Positions 50,263-60,510 of a stretch of 64,000 bases of DNA are shown in pieces (the first letter of the stretch is position 1; each line of letters starts with the position of its first letter). Below the pieces are notes generated by a model. The model saw only the letters and a program-made list of their open reading frames with translations, had not been told where the DNA came from and did not search any database. A program made the translations under genes and the position numbers. The DNA comes from Patescibacteria group bacterium (lineage in GTDB: Bacteria > Patescibacteriota > Patescibacteriia > Patescibacteriales > BM507): the NCBI GenBank assembly GCA_027858235.1, contig JAQIDC010000036.1, positions 10,664-74,663 on the forward strand, written 5' to 3'.

Positions 50263-50754
50263 CTAGAACAAAATCCATTTTGGGACATCTTGTTTATAGG
50301 TAGAATATATTAAGCCAAAACGTTTCATTAGGGCTGGCTCTTCAAAAAATATCACATATACGTTAATAAAGACAACTATAAACAAAAAATAATAAAGTAG
50401 AAGAATATAACCTAAAACAAAAAACTCACCTAAAATGATTGAAAAATAGCAAAGATACATTGGGTTTCTAGTGTGCTTGTAAATACCTCGCGAAACCAAA
50501 TTTTGATGAGGTTCAATCGGAGCAGGAGTCCCCTTCCCGAATATTGAAAATAGACCTGTGCAGTACCAAAAGTACAAAGATGAAGCAGATATCAAAACAA
50601 TCCCCATAAACCATAGAATATCATTCTTTAAAATAGCAAAATCATTAGAAATATTCAAAATAACTAAAAATGCCGGGATTATGAGCATAAATAAAGATCC
50701 AGCAGCTAGCCCAGCGATACTTGCTTTTAATATTTTTACAAAATTTATTTTCAT
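50263..50754 (-). CDS. ICMT/PEMT-family membrane methyltransferase
   Basis: GKGTPAP, GIYKHTRNPMY, EEPALMKRFG. Confidence 0.88.
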   Translation of the reverse strand: MKINFVKILKASIAGLAAGSLFMLIIPAFLVILNISNDFAILKNDILWFMGIVLISASSLYFWYCTGLFSIFGKGTPAPIEPHQNLVSRGIYKHTRNPMYLCYFSIILGEFFVLGYILLLYYFLFIVVFINVYVIFFEEPALMKRFGLIYSTYKQDVPKWILF

Positions 50755-51740
50755 AGCATTAGCGAGATAACAGAAAAATAAATAAGAACCGAGAGGGTGT
50801 CTTGCAAAATAGTTCCGAAGGGACCGCTGGCATTCGCTGGATCAATTTTCATTCTATCTAGGATAAATGGAATAATAAGCCCCGTAAAAAGTGCTGACAT
50901 TATGGCCACGAATATTGCCACACTAAGAACAATACCAATTTGAAGGTTCCTATAAATAGCTATATCTAACATAAAAAAAGAGACTGCTGAAGCCACAGCA
51001 ATCAAAAACACAATGAAAAAATTTCTCAAAAAATATTTTAAAAAAGAAAAACCGTTGCCAACTGCTAAATCTCTTATTAAGAAAGTTGACATTTGAGTAC
51101 TAACAGCACTTGCTATGTATATGACTAATGGAATAAAGACTATCAAAATTACATTAGTATAAATCTCTTTTTCGAACACTCCAATTATTTTAGCAATCAA
51201 TAAACCTCCCAATAGCCCAACGAAGAGCCATGGGAATCTATGAATAAAAGACTTAAAAATAGAGATATTCATTATATTGTCAAAGTTCCCTTTTGAGTTT
51301 AAGACACCGGCCATTTGAAAGATATCTTTCTCTGTTTCTTTATGCAAAACTCGCAATATATCATCACTTTGCACAACACCTAGAAAATAACCATTTTTGT
51401 CTACAACTGGTACTGCCTTAATTTTGTACTTCAAGGCCTTGTAGACAATTTTTTCCTGGTCAGTACTTGATCTTGAAACAATTAACTCGGAAGTCATTAT
51501 TCGCCTTATCTTAATATCTTTTTTTTGCCTAAAAATTTCCTTGATTGAAGCAACGCCAGCCAATTTTTTCCTTTTATTTACAACATAGACGTAATTGATA
51601 GAATCAAATTTATCAGCATCTTTTATTAAGAGTTTTTCTATTCCCTTAATATCTTCGTCAATATCAACAACAGGAACTAAAGTAGTCATGATTTTCCCAG
51701 CTGTTTCTTTTTCAAATTTTTTAATATTGTTTTCCTCCAT
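50751..51740 (-). CDS. mgtE: MgtE-family Mg2+ transporter (CBS plus TM, no N-domain)
   Basis: CBS pair, RFPWL, DPANASGPFGTILQD. Confidence 0.87.
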   Translation of the reverse strand: MEENNIKKFEKETAGKIMTTLVPVVDIDEDIKGIEKLLIKDADKFDSINYVYVVNKRKKLAGVASIKEIFRQKKDIKIRRIMTSELIVSRSSTDQEKIVYKALKYKIKAVPVVDKNGYFLGVVQSDDILRVLHKETEKDIFQMAGVLNSKGNFDNIMNISIFKSFIHRFPWLFVGLLGGLLIAKIIGVFEKEIYTNVILIVFIPLVIYIASAVSTQMSTFLIRDLAVGNGFSFLKYFLRNFFIVFLIAVASAVSFFMLDIAIYRNLQIGIVLSVAIFVAIMSALFTGLIIPFILDRMKIDPANASGPFGTILQDTLSVLIYFSVISLML

Positions 51741-51802
51741 ATTTTTATTATATCATTTATTCACAATAGCCTAAAGACTTAAAAGGATATATAATTAATA
51801 AT

Positions 51803-52834
51803 ATGTTTAATAAGAGAAAAAAACCAAAGGATAAAAAAATATTCAACATAAATATTGTTAGCTGGTTTCTTGGCATAGTTTTTTACTTTTCTTTTTTTGG
51901 CTACGTTTGGTCCCTTGATTTAATAAATGCAGTTATCTTCCTGTTAATAGCAATAATAACTTTTCCGCCTAGCTACAAACTTCTGGAAAATCAATTAAAA
52001 AAGCGTTATGATTTTAGCCTTGGAAGTATTCACAGACTTGCTTTAATAATTTCTTTATTTATAATTTTTAACCTCTTAAATCCATCTGAGCTTAATAAGG
52101 ATATAAGTTTAGAAAATTTGGATGATATAAAACCAAGCTCATTATTAAATCAATTTGAAAACACGGAAGAAAAAGTTGCGGAATCTAATGAAAATATTGA
52201 ACTCAAAAAACTTACTAGCTATAAAGTAATAGACGTTATTGATGGGGATACAATAAAAGTAAATATTGATAATCAAATAAAAACAGTTCGTCTCATTGGT
52301 ATAGATACTCCAGAAACAGTCCACCCCGAAAAACCAGTCGAATGCTTCGGCAGAGAATCTTCACAAAAGTTAAAAGAACTTCTCTCGGGAGCTGAAGTTT
52401 ACTTAGAAAAAGATAAAACTCAAGACAATCTAGACAAATACTCACGTCTTCTCCGTTATGTTTATCGTAATGATAATTTGTTTATCAATAAATGGATGAT
52501 TGAGAATGGCTATGCTTATGAATTTACATATGAAATACCCTATATTTACCAAAACGATTTTAAAGAAGCCGAAACAAGCGCCAAAAATAACAAATTAGGC
52601 TTATGGAGTGACGATGTTTGCATTGACTTTGATTCACAACCAACAGAAGAAAACAAAAAATATTGCCTAATAAAAGGCAATATTTCATACAACACCGGTG
52701 AGAAGATATATCATCATCTTGGATGTGATGAGTACGAAAAAACTATCATAAATACAGCTAAGGGTGAAAAATGGTTTTGCTCTGAAGAAGAGGCGCTTAA
52801 GGCTGGCTGGAGAGTGGCAGAAAGTTGTCCTTAA
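51803..52834 (+). CDS. Membrane-anchored thermonuclease (SNase) with C-terminal Cys/His domain
   Basis: VIDGDT, VRLIGIDTPE, DKYSRLLRYV; CLIKGNI...KIYH...WFCSEEEALKAGWR. Confidence 0.9.
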   Translation: MFNKRKKPKDKKIFNINIVSWFLGIVFYFSFFGYVWSLDLINAVIFLLIAIITFPPSYKLLENQLKKRYDFSLGSIHRLALIISLFIIFNLLNPSELNKDISLENLDDIKPSSLLNQFENTEEKVAESNENIELKKLTSYKVIDVIDGDTIKVNIDNQIKTVRLIGIDTPETVHPEKPVECFGRESSQKLKELLSGAEVYLEKDKTQDNLDKYSRLLRYVYRNDNLFINKWMIENGYAYEFTYEIPYIYQNDFKEAETSAKNNKLGLWSDDVCIDFDSQPTEENKKYCLIKGNISYNTGEKIYHHLGCDEYEKTIINTAKGEKWFCSEEEALKAGWRVAESCP

Positions 52835-53157
52835 TTTTGTTTCCTTTTGATAATCACCCAATAATATCGCCAATGAGAAAGTGTGTGAATGAAAGCGATA
52901 ACAGCCATAACCATTCCTATTCTAACATGGAGAGTTAAGAGTTGCGGATAAGACATCACGATTAAACCATAGTCAATAATAACTGCCATCACTATCCCCA
53001 GAAATGCTGAAGCTAGAAATGTAAAGAGTAAAACCACATTCCAAAATCGTCTTTGGTTTATTTTCTTTACTTTTCCAAATTTAACAAGCAAAAATGACCC
53101 AAAATAAAAAAGAAGGGTGAAAAATATTATTGTTAGCGTGTTATAGGCCTCTGCCAT
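52831..53157 (-). CDS. DUF4405-like small membrane protein
   Basis: RRFWN, LHVRIG, HTLSHW; start moved to ATG 53157. Confidence 0.7.
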   Translation of the reverse strand: MAEAYNTLTIIFFTLLFYFGSFLLVKFGKVKKINQRRFWNVVLLFTFLASAFLGIVMAVIIDYGLIVMSYPQLLTLHVRIGMVMAVIAFIHTLSHWRYYWVIIKRKQN

Positions 53158-53446
53158 AATTTTGATTTTGAGTGGTTGATCTATCACAAAGTTTGTCGTA
53201 GTTTTGGTCAGTAAACAGAGTGCAGCGACCTGGGAGAGCACAAGCAAGACCACGAGGGCAAGTATTAGCTAAATTAACTGATGGTTTATCTAAGTTTCCA
53301 TTACCATTCTTTATTATTTCATCATCATTGTCCTGTGTGTTATTTGTGGTATTGCTATCGCTAACTGAACAACCTTGAACAAAAATCATCACCAAAAGAT
53401 AGCCAATAAAATATATTGATGTTTTTTTAGATTTGAATATATTCAT
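53141..53446 (-). CDS. Small Cys-motif lipoprotein
   Basis: Lipobox VQGC; CPRGLACALPGRCTLFTDQNYDKLCD. Confidence 0.65.
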   Translation of the reverse strand: MNIFKSKKTSIYFIGYLLVMIFVQGCSVSDSNTTNNTQDNDDEIIKNGNGNLDKPSVNLANTCPRGLACALPGRCTLFTDQNYDKLCDRSTTQNQNYGRGL

Positions 53447-53499
53447 AAATTTGATTTTAAAGTTTAAACATTATAACATATAAACATTAATTAAAAAAA

Positions 53500-53994
53500 A
53501 TGAGAGTCCCAACAAGAAAACCAGGTATTTATACTCACGACAAAAAAGACCCCCACATAACTGAGTCTAAGTATTGTAGTTTAAAAAATAAACTACAAGT
53601 TTTAAAAAGCAGAAGACCAGCCTTGATTGATGAGGTTAAAAGACTCGCTCTTGATGGAGATTTTTCTGAAAATCACGCCTACAGCCTAGCTAAAGGTAAA
53701 CTAAGAGGTCTTAATCAGAAAATGCTAGAGATAGAAAATCATCTCAAAAAATCAATAATCATAAAGAAATCAAAATCGAATTTTATTGAAATTGGGTCCA
53801 CAGTAGAGGTGGAGGTGAACGGGAAAATAAAAGAATTAACCATACTGGGATCAAGTGAAACAAATCCAAGCACTGGCATAATATCGCACCTCTCCCCAAT
53901 CGGTGAAGCCCTGATAAATAGAAAAGTTGGACATGAAATATCTCTAAATATTAAAGATAGAACAATAAAATATAAAATAATTAAAATAAAATAA
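53500..53994 (+). CDS. greA: GreA/GreB-family elongation factor
   Basis: GDFSENHAY, ISHLSPIGEALI. Confidence 0.88.
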   Translation: MRVPTRKPGIYTHDKKDPHITESKYCSLKNKLQVLKSRRPALIDEVKRLALDGDFSENHAYSLAKGKLRGLNQKMLEIENHLKKSIIIKKSKSNFIEIGSTVEVEVNGKIKELTILGSSETNPSTGIISHLSPIGEALINRKVGHEISLNIKDRTIKYKIIKIK

Positions 53995-54026
53995 AACTGT
54001 GATTTAAAGGTCACAGTTTTATTTTT
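53988..54026. terminator. Bidirectional terminator
   Basis: aaaataaaactgtga/tcacagttttatttt. Confidence 0.8.
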
Positions 54027-54034
54027 AAAAATCT

Positions 54035-57000
54035 CTAAACTTTTTTCTTACTTTTATTCGTAGTCTTTTTGATATTTTCTAATTCCTTTATTGTTTTTTT
54101 CATTTCTCTCATCTTTAATTCTCTACCCACCACCAAATCATTAAACTTTTCCATCTCCTCAACTTTTTCCTCAAGTTTTTTCTTATCTTTTTTTTGCTCA
54201 ATTAGTAATTTTTCTTTTTCTTTATTAATTATTTCTTCTTTTTTGAGTTGATTTTTAATAAATTCGGCCGTATTCCTTACTTCAGATGTTTTCTTATCAA
54301 CTTCTTTTCTTAATGACTTTGTTAAAAAATAACTAAAGAAAATTCCAGTAACTGCAAATGAGGCTAGAGCTATAAAAGTAAAAAACCAAATATTTTTCAT
54401 AGCACTATCTAATCCATGATATGCTTCCTTTTCTTCCCATACTGTAAGTAGAAAAATCTTTTTGTCTACAGCCTCAATTGGTTGATAATTAACTACTTGA
54501 TTTTCTCCATTAATAACAAATTCTATATATCCCTCTTTTTCTTCTTTAAAAATACTTTCTAAATCATTTTTTACTGCTTTGTATTTTTCCAATGTTAGAA
54601 TATTTTTTCCAAGATAATCATTAATCCCTGAGGTAATAATGTTCCCATCAGTTTCCAGCAAAAAAGATTCATTATTATGAATATGTTCAAGAAAGAAAGA
54701 AAGACTGCCAAAAAAATCGTTTGCATTAATAAATGAATCGACAATACCGTCAAAGTCTCCATTCTTGATTACTGGATATTGGAAGGCAATGCCTGGAAAC
54801 CCCTGTACTGCGTCAAAGATATCACTAAATACGGGACTCATAGTTTTCTTGAGCTTGATAACGTGTTCCTGCCCACCAATATCAATCCCAATTGCAGAAT
54901 CATCATTCGGATAAATATATTTTATAATATTGTCTTTATCTATTCTGGTAAAAGCGTGGACATAATCCTTGTTCCTCTCATAAGCTCCTTTCAATAAACT
55001 CAATCGGCATTCTTCACTGCAATCATCATTTGAATAATTTTCAGATATATATTCTAACTCCTTTTCCATATCTTCAAATAGCTCAAGAAGTTTTTCTGAC
55101 AAAAGATTACCTATCTCAAAATATTGTTTTCTATGGTTGTCTTTAAATTGACTCTTTAAATTATTAATAGTTGAGATAGAACCAAAAATGAACATCCCAC
55201 CAACTAGACTGAATAGAAAAATAAGAATTATTATCAAACTTGTTCTTTCTAGCTTCAAAATTTTAAAATAATATAATAATACTAAAAGAAACACAACAAC
55301 CACTAAAATAGAAATAAACAAATATATATATCTAAGATAATTAAAATTAAGAACTTCATTATTTTTCTGAACCAAGTCCTGGTCAGGCTCAATAAACTCT
55401 TTCTCATATTCATCTAAATACGTGGTGGCAGCAACACTTAGCCCAATACCGTCAGCCGTCTTAGCATCTACTATTGCGATATACATATACTTTTGAGTTA
55501 TAGTCCCATCTGCCTCTTCCCATGCATAGACTCCATCAGAAACAAGCCCACCCTCTGATTTGGACATAACATCCCAAAAACCTGGGAGCTTATTCTTTAA
55601 GGTATGTAAATCTAAATCTACTATTGCTGGATTAGTATGGTAGCGAGCCACTAAAGTATTATAATCAGTCACTGCAGTATAACCAGTTTTCCCAACTAAC
55701 TGCACGGCGATTTTCTGAAAATATGGGTCTTCTTGAAAATCTTTCACTGTCATTTCCGGGTTTCCTCTTAGGTAAATTTCCACTTGCTTAGCAACATCCT
55801 CCGCTTTTTGCTTTATAGCTAATTTTGAATATTCAAAGGAGTTCTTAATATTATATTCCTCTATATATTCTTCCGCGGTTTTTTTATCGATATATGAAGT
55901 AGCTCCTACAAATAGTTTCTTATTATCTGCTGTGGGGGTATCCACACAAGCCGTAACCATATATTTATCTGTTAAAGTCCCATTGCTTTCTTCCCATTCA
56001 TAATATCCAGATGAGTTTTTGCATTTAGGTCCAATTGATCCGCCATGAATTTTCCACCAATCAGGGAGTTGTTCTTTTAAAAGATGGGAATCTGTATTTA
56101 CTAATTTCTCTTGTGGATGAAGATAAAAATAACCTGATTCGCTATCCACAAGCCCTGTGTAACCTTCATCTCCGAGCCTTTGAACAGCAATAGATTTAAA
56201 AACATCATCTTTTTGCAAATCTTCAATCGTGAGCTCGGGGTGATTTATTAAGTACTCATCAATTTTTTCGGCAGTTTCCTTTGCGTACGATTGAATAAAT
56301 TCTACATCAACAGATTTATTTTCAACGAGAATCGGAGCTATCCATTCATTGTATATTTCATCAAATTGCCCACTAATGATAATTTTTGACAATCCATCAT
56401 TAAGCCTAGTTAATAATTCTGCATTCCCTTCTTGCACAGCAAAAGTAAAGTCTTGTTTGAAATTATCAATTTGAGAGACTGCAATAACATTATTTATTCC
56501 TAATTTTTTTATTAGTTGTTTTCCGACTATTTCTTGAATAATAATTGCGTCATATTTTCCTTCAGCCAGTAGAGTAAATGCTTCCTCATAGCTCTCAACT
56601 GCAATAATGTTATCTGATACCTTCTCGCGTCGTGCAAATTCCTCGGCATTATCTCCTGCCATTACAAGCACTTCTTTCCCCCATAGGTCAGATAATTTAT
56701 TTATATTATCATGATCTCTTCTAACAAAAATATTTCCATAAATAGAAATATAGGGAACGGTAAAATCATACAAGACTTCTCGCTCTGGAGTTCTCCCAAC
56801 CAAAGGTAATACGTCAATTCTTCCTTCTGTCAAATCTTCTTTTATTTCAGACCAAGGTCCAACATAAAACTCAACATCTAGATCCACAGCTTTAAGCGTA
56901 GCCTCTAATAACTCAACAGAAAAACCATCTGCTTGACCATCGTTAATAACAGAAAAAGGTGGATAATCGTATTCTGTTGCTGATTTAATAGTTGGAGTGG

Positions 57001-57115
57001 TTACTTCTCCATCAACAAAAAAATTGTCATTGCCGACAGCATTAACATGACTAAAGGTTATTAAACCTGAAAAAATTAATAGTCCTAAAAATAAAATCCT
57101 CCTTGTTATATTCAT
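54035..57115 (-). CDS. Multi-sensor membrane protein (family-3 solute-binding domain, Cache-like repeats, coiled-coil tail)
   Basis: DYPPFS/GFSVEL/RTPER; two internal repeats; three TMs; C-terminal VGRELKM. Confidence 0.8.
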   Translation of the reverse strand: MNITRRILFLGLLIFSGLITFSHVNAVGNDNFFVDGEVTTPTIKSATEYDYPPFSVINDGQADGFSVELLEATLKAVDLDVEFYVGPWSEIKEDLTEGRIDVLPLVGRTPEREVLYDFTVPYISIYGNIFVRRDHDNINKLSDLWGKEVLVMAGDNAEEFARREKVSDNIIAVESYEEAFTLLAEGKYDAIIIQEIVGKQLIKKLGINNVIAVSQIDNFKQDFTFAVQEGNAELLTRLNDGLSKIIISGQFDEIYNEWIAPILVENKSVDVEFIQSYAKETAEKIDEYLINHPELTIEDLQKDDVFKSIAVQRLGDEGYTGLVDSESGYFYLHPQEKLVNTDSHLLKEQLPDWWKIHGGSIGPKCKNSSGYYEWEESNGTLTDKYMVTACVDTPTADNKKLFVGATSYIDKKTAEEYIEEYNIKNSFEYSKLAIKQKAEDVAKQVEIYLRGNPEMTVKDFQEDPYFQKIAVQLVGKTGYTAVTDYNTLVARYHTNPAIVDLDLHTLKNKLPGFWDVMSKSEGGLVSDGVYAWEEADGTITQKYMYIAIVDAKTADGIGLSVAATTYLDEYEKEFIEPDQDLVQKNNEVLNFNYLRYIYLFISILVVVVFLLVLLYYFKILKLERTSLIIILIFLFSLVGGMFIFGSISTINNLKSQFKDNHRKQYFEIGNLLSEKLLELFEDMEKELEYISENYSNDDCSEECRLSLLKGAYERNKDYVHAFTRIDKDNIIKYIYPNDDSAIGIDIGGQEHVIKLKKTMSPVFSDIFDAVQGFPGIAFQYPVIKNGDFDGIVDSFINANDFFGSLSFFLEHIHNNESFLLETDGNIITSGINDYLGKNILTLEKYKAVKNDLESIFKEEKEGYIEFVINGENQVVNYQPIEAVDKKIFLLTVWEEKEAYHGLDSAMKNIWFFTFIALASFAVTGIFFSYFLTKSLRKEVDKKTSEVRNTAEFIKNQLKKEEIINKEKEKLLIEQKKDKKKLEEKVEEMEKFNDLVVGRELKMREMKKTIKELENIKKTTNKSKKKV

Positions 57116-57216
57116 TTAATTATTATACCACAAAAAAACTCTATTTGTAATAAATATGATGGTTTAGAACAACAACTATTTTAAAACTCTGTTTTTGCGT
57201 TTAAAGACAAAATATT

Positions 57217-58257
57217 TTATCTTCCTCTTCCTCTCCCATTATTCACTTTCGATGGATCTTCCTTGTTGGGCCCCTTCATTTTAATAAAATGTTTAGCATT
57301 ATTTGTAATAGCTTTTGTTGAATTTATAATACCATTTATATTTTTTTGATCTTCATTCTCTATGGCTTCAGTAACAGTCTCCACTCTCTTGTCTAGTTTC
57401 TCGAAAAGAGCTTCAACGTCTGTTTCGTCATAGTCATCATCTTTTAAATCAATCTTTAGAGCTTCAACTTTTTCTTTAAGTTCCAAAAGTCTCTCAGTAT
57501 TTTCTAGGTCTTCTGTTATTCTATCGCTACTATTTTCTCCTTGTCCCATCAGTCTGTCGTCTGATTCAAGATTATTTGAACGTATTTGTCCATTATTAAA
57601 TTTTGTAGAACTAGCATTTCTCATCATTTCACCCCTTCCGTTATTATTCACTTGAATATTTTCTCCAATGTTATCCATCGCCGATGCAATATTTTCTACT
57701 AATTCATCATCCTCTTCAATACCGACAAAAGATGCTATGTTATTTAGCTTTTCTCTTTGATTTATACGACTTTGTTCGCTTCCATCTCCTTCTTTAAAAG
57801 CGATCTCTCTAGCCTTTTCCTTCAAAGCAACTGCCGCCTTAATTGTATTTGAGATAGCCACTCTGTCTTCATTTTCTTTTATGTTTTCACTCAAAACTTC
57901 TGCTTCACTCAGCCTTCTTTCAGAAAATTTTTCATATTTTTCTTGCTTTTCAATATCAGTATTCGCTACTTTTAATTCAATCTTTTCTATAGCTAATTTA
58001 ACAGGATATAAAATATGTTTTTCATTTACCCCAGGGCTTGCATAACTATACAAAGGGAGTCCAAACAATAAAGATAGAAGTAAAACAAAAGAGATAGCTC
58101 TATGTTGAAATTTCCTATTCAAAAGAAATTCAAAACTAAAACTTTCCTGAATAATCAAAACATATAGTTTATATTTCAAATTCATTTTTTTTACCAAACT
58201 CATTTTAGGTTTTGGTAAGCTATTCAATTGTTTATCTAACTTATTCATATTATTCAA
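57217..58257 (-). CDS. DUF5667-like TM protein, putative anti-sigma factor
   Basis: LYPVKLAIEKI, ERRLSEAE; overlaps ECF sigma stop. Confidence 0.7.
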   Translation of the reverse strand: MNNMNKLDKQLNSLPKPKMSLVKKMNLKYKLYVLIIQESFSFEFLLNRKFQHRAISFVLLLSLLFGLPLYSYASPGVNEKHILYPVKLAIEKIELKVANTDIEKQEKYEKFSERRLSEAEVLSENIKENEDRVAISNTIKAAVALKEKAREIAFKEGDGSEQSRINQREKLNNIASFVGIEEDDELVENIASAMDNIGENIQVNNNGRGEMMRNASSTKFNNGQIRSNNLESDDRLMGQGENSSDRITEDLENTERLLELKEKVEALKIDLKDDDYDETDVEALFEKLDKRVETVTEAIENEDQKNINGIINSTKAITNNAKHFIKMKGPNKEDPSKVNNGRGRGR

Positions 58258-58735
58258 TATCTTCTCTTAATTTATTCAGAGCTCTGTTCAGCTGTACTCT
58301 AACCGCATTCACCTCTTTGTCTAAAATTTCGGCTATCTCCTTGTTGTCCAGTTCGTCAACATATCTCATTATTACAACTTCTCTTGAATAATCATCCAAT
58401 TTTCCAATATGCTTCATTATTCGCTCAACCTCAATGCTTGTATTTATTTTTTGCAAAGTTTCAACTGATAGATCCAGAGCACTCTCAAGGTCAACTTCCC
58501 TCCCTCTCGTTCTATAGTGATTTAACAAATGATTTTTAGCTATTCTGTATATCCAGGACTGAAAAGATCTAGTTTCATCGAAGCTATCATGACTCTTAAA
58601 TGCTTTCAAAAATATTTCCGAGCACAAATCCTCTGCCGTTGTCTTATCAAAACCAACTCGATACCAAATATAGGCATAAATCTTATCAACATACTTATTA
58701 TAGTTCGCTAGAAAATTTTTATTGTCTTTTGACAT
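58250..58735 (-). CDS. ECF sigma-70 factor
   Basis: AEDLCSEIF, FQSWIYRIAKN, EIAEIL...VRVQLNRAL. Confidence 0.93.
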   Translation of the reverse strand: MSKDNKNFLANYNKYVDKIYAYIWYRVGFDKTTAEDLCSEIFLKAFKSHDSFDETRSFQSWIYRIAKNHLLNHYRTRGREVDLESALDLSVETLQKINTSIEVERIMKHIGKLDDYSREVVIMRYVDELDNKEIAEILDKEVNAVRVQLNRALNKLREDIE

Positions 58736-58832
58736 AAACCTGTTAAATACTCAGATAATTATAGCACTTTAGCAGTAAATCATCTTTTTTTCAACTGGCT
58801 TACCTTTTATATGAGATTCTTTTATATTATTT

Positions 58833-58874
58833 TTTGGCCCAGGCCACCTTCTCTGCCTTCGTCATTCACCTTGT
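58833..58874 (-). repeat. 42-bp dispersed element, copy A
   Basis: 40/42 identical to 60770-60811 in inverted orientation. Confidence 0.9.
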
Positions 58875-60419
58875 CTTTCCTCTACTTTTGTTCAATGAGC
58901 TCATTATACTTCCTTTTTCTTGTCCTGACATTTTACCACTCTTTTTTAATGAGTTTGTAAGGTGAGCCATTTCACTAACGTATTGACCGTGATTTTTGTA
59001 GCCATTATCTTCACCCTCATATTCTCCATTGTGATTTTGGTGTTGATATTGATATGAATAGCCGTCACCGTCATTATCGCAATCGCCATCTCCATCACAG
59101 TCGCAATTACAATCATTGTCGTTATTATTAACGCCTTCATCAATTCTACCATCGCAATCATTATCAATGTTATCATCAAGTTCCGTAGCCCCAGGATAAA
59201 CTGTATCATTATTATCATCACAATCATCGTCATTATCAACGTAACCGATTGGAGTATCAAATGCTTCAACAAAGCTAAGAGCATTTCCGTAACCATCTCC
59301 GTCGTTGTCAACATAATAAGTATTAAATACTTCATCAACAATTTCGTTGCAATTATTATCAATATCATCATCAAGTTCAGAAGCTCCTGGATAAACTGTA
59401 TTATTGTTATTATCACAGTCACCATCGTTAGCCACATAGTTATTTTCAGCAACGCAAGCAAGTATTATATTAGTGTCAATACCATAGCCATCGCCATCAC
59501 CATCGTAATAAAAAGTACTTTTAACATTCTCATCGATTAAACTATCGCAATCATTATCAATACCATCACAAACTTCACCAGCATTTGGATAGATGCTTGA
59601 ATCATTATCATTACAATCAATATTATTTTCTACAAAACCTTCTGGAGCTTCCATGGCAATACTTGTGCTAGCATCACTTCCATATCCATCTCCGTCCTCG
59701 TCAATATAAAATGTTCTATCAACAAAGCCCTCATCAACATCACTATCACAATCGTCATCAATTGAGTTATAAATTTCTGTTGCTCCTGGGTATACATCCA
59801 TATCATCATCATTACAATCATCATTCAATGAAGCATATCCGACAGGTGCTGCGCAGGACTCAGTAGTACTAGCAGTAAATCCATATCCGTCAGCATCATC
59901 GTCTAGATAATAAGTAGTTGTTACTCCTTCATCAACACTCCCATCACAATTTTGATCAACTCCATCACAAATTTCAGTAGCATTAGGATTTGTACTTGAA
60001 GCCATATCATCACAATCGCCACTTACTTCTACATAATCGATACTTGGAGCCGAGCAAGCTAGTGTTGAAGTACCAATTTCTCCAAAACCATCAGCATCAA
60101 AATCATAATAATAAGCTGTTTGGACTCCTTCATCATCTATATCCCCACTACAATTATTGTCTACTCCGTCGCAAAGCTCATCTGCTTCAGGGTGGATTGA
60201 ACTATCATTATCATCACAATCACTAGAATCTAAAACATAACCAGATGGAGAAGTTGTACTAGCAATTGAAACAGCAGAATCTCCATACCCATCACCGTCT
60301 GTGTCTAGATAATAAGTTTGCGTAGTGTCGGCATTTACAGCAAATAGAACTCCTGCTCCAAAAACTAAAGAAAGTGAAACAAGCGCTACATTCGCCAAAA
60401 GATTGTTTGTAAATTTCAT
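58866..60419 (-). CDS. Secreted Asp/Cys-rich repeat protein (MopE-like putative metal-binding motif x6)
   Basis: Six YxDxDGDGYG...DCDD...PGATE...DNxC...DEG units; C-terminal KNHGQYVS domain. Confidence 0.87.
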   Translation of the reverse strand: MKFTNNLLANVALVSLSLVFGAGVLFAVNADTTQTYYLDTDGDGYGDSAVSIASTTSPSGYVLDSSDCDDNDSSIHPEADELCDGVDNNCSGDIDDEGVQTAYYYDFDADGFGEIGTSTLACSAPSIDYVEVSGDCDDMASSTNPNATEICDGVDQNCDGSVDEGVTTTYYLDDDADGYGFTASTTESCAAPVGYASLNDDCNDDDMDVYPGATEIYNSIDDDCDSDVDEGFVDRTFYIDEDGDGYGSDASTSIAMEAPEGFVENNIDCNDNDSSIYPNAGEVCDGIDNDCDSLIDENVKSTFYYDGDGDGYGIDTNIILACVAENNYVANDGDCDNNNNTVYPGASELDDDIDNNCNEIVDEVFNTYYVDNDGDGYGNALSFVEAFDTPIGYVDNDDDCDDNNDTVYPGATELDDNIDNDCDGRIDEGVNNNDNDCNCDCDGDGDCDNDGDGYSYQYQHQNHNGEYEGEDNGYKNHGQYVSEMAHLTNSLKKSGKMSGQEKGSIMSSLNKSRGKTR

Positions 60420-60510
60420 ATATTTGTATTATTAATTAATACTCCTTGTACTAAATAATACACAAAAAAACTGCAATCATTACATTGGCTAATTGGCTAA
60501 TATTAAAGAC

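Noticed and set aside
58946..60226. Alternate-frame ORFs inside the repeat protein gene
   Set aside because: By-products of GAT/AAT-rich repetitive codons
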